From an uncultured delta proteobacterium (GTDB lineage Bacteria; Myxococcota; Myxococcia; Myxococcales; Anaeromyxobacteraceae), in assembly GCA_963814585.1 (NCBI GenBank), contig CAWFDF010000014.1:320001-384000 (forward strand): 64,000 nucleotides of DNA, given 5' to 3'. Below are positions 58,227-64,000 of the stretch, one piece after another; within the stretch, counting starts at the first letter, position 1, and each line of letters begins with the position of its first letter. The notes under the pieces are model-generated. The model was not told the origin of the DNA and did no database searches. It saw only the letters and a list, made by a program, of their open reading frames with translations. The translations under genes were made by a program, and so were the position numbers.

Positions 58227-59365
58227 TACTTCTTGTCCATGTTCGTCCGGGCCGCCTGCTCCTTCTTCATCAGGAAGGCCTTGGCCTGGGACTGGATGGT
58301 CTGCGGGACGTTGCGGTCCCGCGCCAGCTCCTTGATGTCCTTCTCCTGGAGCGTGAACATCATCTTGAGCGCGGTCGGGAGCGGCACCTTGGGGTTCTTC
58401 ACCAGCGAGGCCTTGATCACGTAGGTCCGCGTGAACTCCCGGTTGGAGTAGATGTAGCGCAGCACGTCGGAGTTGACGGTGCGCGAGTTGGCCAGCCCGA
58501 GGATCTCGCCGTCGGTGATGCGCGGGCTGGTGACGGCCGCCATGCAGACCAGCTTGTTGGAGTCGCGCAGCAGCAGGGTGCGGGCTTCCCGGTTGCCCAG
58601 CGTGGCCAGCTTGATCTTCTGCGAGACCGAGATCTGCATGATCCGCTGGGTCATGTTGAGCTTGCGGTTGGCCTCCTCCTTGGACTCCAAGCCGCGCTGG
58701 GCCTCCTCGGCCTTCTCGACCGCCAGCTCGTCCCGATACTCGCTCATCAGCGTCTCGGCGGTCTCCTCCGCGGCGGGCGGGTGCAGCGTGGGATCGACGC
58801 CGTGGACGCGCTTGTGAGCCTCCACCAGCTGCGGCACGTCGAGCAGTAGCAGCCCGTTCCGGACGCAGAAGTCGCAGGCGCCATCGATGGTGGAGGCCAG
58901 CGCGCTCGGGTTGTGGCAGAGCGCCCGGATGATGTCGTCGTGCCGCAGCAGCCGCAGCTCGTTCTGCCGGATGATCTCGGTGAGGGGCTGCGAGACGTTC
59001 GGCGCCAGCCGCGCCAGCGTCTCGTCGAGCGTCGAGGGGTTGAGCAAGATCAGCTCCAGGGCCTGCTCCTTGCCCTGGAACCGATCAGCCAGCCAGTCGA
59101 GCACCGGCCCGCGCAGCCCCTCGGCCCGCAGCGCCACCCCGTAGATCTTGTCGGGCAGCCCGGAGGCGGTGCGCGTCGCCGTCTCGCGCACGTCACCTTC
59201 CGGGTCGAAGGCGAGGACGTAGAGGAGGGTCACCAGGTCCGGCGCGGCCACCGCCGGCACCAGCCCCTTGGCGCCCATGAGCCGCAGCGGAAGCGGCGCC
59301 TTCTCGTCGGCGTGCTTCTGCAGCGGCTTGGGGAGGACGTCGAGGGGCAGCGGGCAGTCGGACAT
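58226..59365 (-). CDS. Conserved hypothetical helical-repeat protein
   Basis: Repeated NP-helix units (LNPST, HNPSA, KNPKVP); KIKLATLGNREARTLLLRDSNKLV; GGAG RBS. Confidence 0.8.
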
Positions 59366-59397
59366 GGTTCAGCTCCGTGGTGCCGCGAACTGGTCGC

Positions 59398-60162
<765 letters not shown>

Positions 60163-60233
60163 GGCGGGAGGTTAGCCGCGCCCCCCACGCCGGTCAACGC
60201 GCCGCCGAGGGAGCTTCGCCCTCGACCCACGTG

Positions 60234-61238
60234 TCAGCCGCGCGGACGGAGCAGCGCCACGTCGCCCGAGGTGATCCGCTCGATGCCCACGGCGGTGCGG
60301 ACCAGCAGCGCGCCGGAGTGGTCGAGATCCTCGGCCCGGCCCACCAGCTCGCGGCCGTCGAGCTGCACCATCACCTCCCGCCCCAGCGTCACCGAGCGCT
60401 CCTTCCAGGCGGCGCGGATCGGCTCGAACCCCTCCTCGGCGTGCCGGTCGTACCACTCCTCCAGCAGCGTGAGGCAGGCGGCGAGGAAGAGCGCCCGCGG
60501 TGCCGGCTGGCCGCGCTCCAGGAGCACGCTGGTGGCCAGGTCGCGCAGCTCCGCGGGGAAGTCCTCGGCCTGGGCGTTGACGTTGACGCCCACCCCCACC
60601 ACCACCCACTGGATCTGATCGGGCTCGGCCGCCAGCTCGGTGAGGATGCCGGCGATCTTCCTGCCCTTGACGAGGATGTCGTTGGGCCACTTGATGCCGG
60701 CGTCGACGCCGGCGCGGCGCAGGGCATCGCAGACGGCCAGCGAAGCCACCAGGGTCAGCTCGGGGGCCCGGACGGTGGGGAGGCCGGAGGGTCGGAGCAC
60801 CACCGAGAAGGCGACGTTGCGACCGGGCGCCGTCACCCAGCTGCGGCCGCGCCGGCCTCGCCCGCCGGTCTGGCCCTCGGCCACCACCACCTCGCCGTGA
60901 CCGGCGCCGTCCTCGGCAAGCTCCTTGGCGTGGTCGCTGGTGGAGGCGATCGACTCGAAGCAGTGGAGCACCTGGCCGAAGTCGTGGGTGTTGAGGAGCG
61001 GCCGGAGCTCGAGCGCGCGAAGCCGATCCGGCACGGCCACCAGCCGGTAGCCTCGCGTCGCGATCGCGTCGATCCGGTACCCCTGCCCCCGCAGCGCCTC
61101 GACGTGCTTCCAGACCGCGGCGCGGCTGAGCCCGAGCTTGTCGCTGATGGCCTCGCCGGAGACCACGTCGTCGCCGGCCTCGGCCAGGAAGGCCAGGACC
61201 TGCTCCGCGCTCTCGCTCTGGAACGTCTCGGGGTTCAC
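60234..61238 (-). CDS. birA: Bifunctional biotin ligase/repressor
   Basis: HTH SGE...SRAAVWKHV, GRGRRGRSW, KWPND, KIAGIL; promoter TTGACA-17-CAAGAT (61248-61276). Confidence 0.95.
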   Translation of the reverse strand: MNPETFQSESAEQVLAFLAEAGDDVVSGEAISDKLGLSRAAVWKHVEALRGQGYRIDAIATRGYRLVAVPDRLRALELRPLLNTHDFGQVLHCFESIASTSDHAKELAEDGAGHGEVVVAEGQTGGRGRRGRSWVTAPGRNVAFSVVLRPSGLPTVRAPELTLVASLAVCDALRRAGVDAGIKWPNDILVKGRKIAGILTELAAEPDQIQWVVVGVGVNVNAQAEDFPAELRDLATSVLLERGQPAPRALFLAACLTLLEEWYDRHAEEGFEPIRAAWKERSVTLGREVMVQLDGRELVGRAEDLDHSGALLVRTAVGIERITSGDVALLRPRG

Positions 61239-61306
61239 GCCGGGCCGATCTTGGTGGCCCGGCCCAAGGGTGTCAATCGGCGCCGCCGCTCACGGCGCCC
61301 CTCGCG

Positions 61307-61460
61307 TGGCCTGAGCCCATCGCGAGACACACGATGCCGTCGGCGAGCCGGGTCGCGCGGCGACGGAGCAGCGGAAGCGGGCTGGTGGCCCGGTGAGCAG
61401 CGGTCGGAGGAGTCCGCCCGGCGCGGCCAGGCAGCGTGCGCCGCAGCCGGGATCGGGCCA
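61307..61460 (+). repeat. Degenerate third copy of the hairpin element
   Basis: Terminal IR TGGCCTGAGCCC / GGGATCGGGCCA; 61392-61424 aligns to 47902-47934. Confidence 0.45.
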
Positions 61461-61474
61461 GGTGACTGGCGCCA

Positions 61475-62311
61475 TCAGGACAGCTCGAGCGAGATGTCCA
61501 CCGCCCTGGCCGAGTGGGTCAGGGCGCCCATCGACACGAAGTCGACACCGGTGGCGGCCACGCGCGGAAGCCGCTCCTGCGTCATGTTGCCCGAGGCCTC
61601 CAGCAGCACCCGTCCGCTGGCCACCTTCACGGCGGCGGCCATGGCCTCGTCGGTCATGTTGTCGAGGAGGACGATGTCGGCCCCGGCGCCGATGGCGGCC
61701 TCCAGCCCAGGCAGGTCCACCACCTCGACCTCGATCTTGAGCATCGCCCCGGCCCGCGCCCGGGCCCGGCGCACCGCCTCGCCGACGCCGCCGCAGGCGG
61801 CCACGTGGTTGTCCTTGATGAGCACGCCGTCCCCGAGGCTGACGCGGTGGTTGCGGCCGCCCCCGGCCCGGACCGCCGCCTTCTCCAGCAGCCGCCACCC
61901 GGGGGTGGTCTTGCGGGTGTCGAGCAGCTGCGTCCTCCCGCCGCCAGCCGCCAGCGCCTCGACGCAGCGGCGCGTCGTGGTGGCCACGCCCGAGAGCCGC
62001 TGCAGGAAGTTGAGCGCGGTCCGCTCGGCGCCGAGCAGCGCCCGGACCGGCCCCTCCGCCTGGCCGAACCAGGCGCCCCGGGCCACCCTCGCGCCGTCCT
62101 CGGCCTCGAACCGGCAGGTGCACCCCAGCCGCTCGAAGACGTGAGCGGCGACGGCGGTGCCGGCGAGGACCAGCTCCTCCTTGGCGAGGAACCGGGCCAC
62201 GCCAAGCGCCGCCGCGTCGATGGTGGCCTCGCTGGTGGCGTCGCCGAGGAGGAGGTCCTCCTCGAGCGCCAGCTCCACCAGGCGCTCGGCGTGGGCGGAG
62301 AGCCGCACCAT
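61475..62311 (-). CDS. nadC: Nicotinate-nucleotide pyrophosphorylase (carboxylating)
   Basis: ALEED..GDAT, ERTALNFLQRLSG, DTRKTTPG, LIKDNH, EVEV, LLDN, EASGN. Confidence 0.96.
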   Translation of the reverse strand: MVRLSAHAERLVELALEEDLLLGDATSEATIDAAALGVARFLAKEELVLAGTAVAAHVFERLGCTCRFEAEDGARVARGAWFGQAEGPVRALLGAERTALNFLQRLSGVATTTRRCVEALAAGGGRTQLLDTRKTTPGWRLLEKAAVRAGGGRNHRVSLGDGVLIKDNHVAACGGVGEAVRRARARAGAMLKIEVEVVDLPGLEAAIGAGADIVLLDNMTDEAMAAAVKVASGRVLLEASGNMTQERLPRVAATGVDFVSMGALTHSARAVDISLELS

Positions 62312-62314
62312 CGG

Positions 62315-64000
62315 CTACTTCTTGGCGCCCTTCCTGGTGGCCTTCCTCGCGGCCACCTTCTTGACGGCCTTCCTGGGCGCCTTCCGCGTCGCCTTCCGGG
62401 GCGCCTTCCGGGCCAGCCTCTTCCCGGCCTTCTTGACCGCCTTCCTGGCGCCGGCCACGCCCTTCTTGACCGCCTTCCTGGCGTCGGCCACGCCCTTCCT
62501 GGCCCCGGCCACGGCCTTCTTCACGGCCCGCTGCGCCTTCTTGATGGTCGGCGCCGCCTTCTTCTCCAGCTGGTCCGCCTGGGCCTGGACGGCGTGGACG
62601 GCCTCCTTGGCGGCCTCGACCACCGCGGCGGCGGCGTGCTCCATCTTCTCGGTGACGGGCTGCGACGGGGGGGACTGGTTCGGGGTGTTGGTCTCCATGG
62701 TCTTCTCCTCCAGCGGTTGTCCCGCGCCGGTCATGACGGCGCGGTGGTTGATCAGCTTCTGCCTCGTCGACCGCAGCTCACCTGCGCGGGCGCGATCCTT
62801 CTCGACCACCTCCGCCGGCGCGCGCGCGACGAAGTTGGGGTTCGACAGCTTCTTCTCGATCCCGTCCAGGTCGGCGTCGATCCTGGCCAGCTCCTTGTCG
62901 ATGCGCGCCGTCTCGGCGGCCACGTCGATGACCCCGGCGAGCGGGACCCGGACCTCGAAGCCGCTCCCGACGCCGACGGCCGATTGTGGCACGCGGGGGG
63001 TGGCGGCGGCGAGGTGGAGTTGCAGGTGCTCCACGTTGGTGAGCCGCGCGACCCGTCGGGACTCCCCCGCGCGCAGCAGGGCGTGGGTGGCCGCGTCGGC
63101 CACGGAGACGTGGACCGGAGCGGTCTGGCCGAGCGCCACCTTGAAGGGGATGCTCATCTCGCCACGGATGTTCCTGAGGGCCTCGATGATCCCGAGGATG
63201 GGCGTGAAGGCCTGCTCGGCCGCCTCGTCGACCGGGCCCACGGCCGGGTAGCGTCCCTCCATGATGGAGTCGGGCCAGCCGGTGGCGCCCACGCGGGTCC
63301 TCAGCACGCCCCAGAGCTCCTCGGTGATGAAGGGCATGAAGGGATGGAGCAGCAGGTAGCTGGACTTGAGGCAATGGACCAGCACGGCCTGCGACCCCGC
63401 CTTCTTGGCGGCGTCATCGCCGTAGAGCGCTTCCTTGGCCAGCTCGATGTACCAGTCGCACAGCTCGTGCCAGACGAAGTGGTAGACGGTGTTGGCGGCG
63501 TCGTTGAAGCGGAAGGCCTCCAGCGCCTCGACCGTCTCGTTCACCGACCGCTGCAGCCGGGCCAGGATCCAGCGGTCGGCCGGGGTCTGCGCCGCCTGGC
63601 CGGCGTCCCCCCCCCGGTCGACGTGCCCGTCGAGGTTCATGAGCGCAAAGCGCGAGGCGTTCCAGAGCTTGTTGGCGAAGGAGCGGTACCCCTCGATCCG
63701 CTCGTCGGCCAGCTTGATGTCGCGGCCCTGGGCGGTGAGCGCCGCCAGCGTGAAGCGCAGGGCGTCGGCGCCGTGCTTCTCGGTCACCAGGAGGGGATCG
63801 ATGACGTTCCCCCTGGTCTTGGACATCTTCTGGCCCCTGGAGTCGCGGACCATGGGATGCAGGTAGACGGTCTTGAACGGGACCTCGCCCATGAAGTGGA
63901 TGCCCATCATCATCATCCGGGCCACCCAGAAGAAGATGATGTCGTGGCCGGTCTCCATGACCGAGGTCGGGTAGAAGGTCTTGAGCGTCTCGGTCCGCTC
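62315..64000 (-). CDS. valS: Valine--tRNA ligase, C-terminal part, with a Lys/Ala-rich histone-like extension
   Basis: FYPTSVMETGHDIIFFWVARM, KMSKT, GADALRF, CDWYIE, LHPFMPFITEELW, KLSNPNFV..AP; the 5' part lies beyond the window. Confidence 0.96.
   Translation of the reverse strand, partial: ERTETLKTFYPTSVMETGHDIIFFWVARMMMMGIHFMGEVPFKTVYLHPMVRDSRGQKMSKTRGNVIDPLLVTEKHGADALRFTLAALTAQGRDIKLADERIEGYRSFANKLWNASRFALMNLDGHVDRGGDAGQAAQTPADRWILARLQRSVNETVEALEAFRFNDAANTVYHFVWHELCDWYIELAKEALYGDDAAKKAGSQAVLVHCLKSSYLLLHPFMPFITEELWGVLRTRVGATGWPDSIMEGRYPAVGPVDEAAEQAFTPILGIIEALRNIRGEMSIPFKVALGQTAPVHVSVADAATHALLRAGESRRVARLTNVEHLQLHLAAATPRVPQSAVGVGSGFEVRVPLAGVIDVAAETARIDKELARIDADLDGIEKKLSNPNFVARAPAEVVEKDRARAGELRSTRQKLINHRAVMTGAGQPLEEKTMETNTPNQSPPSQPVTEKMEHAAAAVVEAAKEAVHAVQAQADQLEKKAAPTIKKAQRAVKKAVAGARKGVADARKAVKKGVAGARKAVKKAGKRLARKAPRKATRKAPRKAVKKVAARKATRKGAKK

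Overview
Very GC-rich bacterial chromosomal segment, most consistent with an Anaeromyxobacter-like myxobacterium (inferred from FrzS, TIGR02266-type PilZ domains and a MYXO-CTERM-like protein). Most of it is housekeeping or metabolic: arylsulfatase (partial), pip, tRNA-fMet, a Zn/Mn ABC-uptake operon, fadD/SCP2, guaBA, a PilZ-Hsp70 fusion, miaB, rlmD-like, scoAB/thiolase, udg, coaBC, rlmI, ECF sigma/anti-sigma/frzS, murJ, coaX, birA, nadC and valS (partial). An accessory block at ~30-44 kb carries a large multicopper oxidase with FN3 domains, an FKBP and a giant Ig-repeat surface protein. Seven genes carry single +1 insertions in short homopolymers, probably sequencing errors. Most interesting signals: (1) a RAYT-type HUH transposase flanked by inverted CCCCGACCCAGAGTAGTT-type motifs that supply the stop codons of both neighbouring genes; the same CCCCGACCCAG core forms the terminal inverted repeats of two (probably three) 155-175 bp intergenic hairpin elements, a candidate RAYT/REPIN-like system; (2) a DUF2946/CruR-like CxxC leader peptide ahead of the metal-uptake operon; (3) an in-frame 18-bp tandem amplification of the FKBP 3' end beyond its amber stop; (4) a histone-like tail on ValS with its own internal ribosome-binding site. 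All family calls come from motif recognition by eye; no database search was run.
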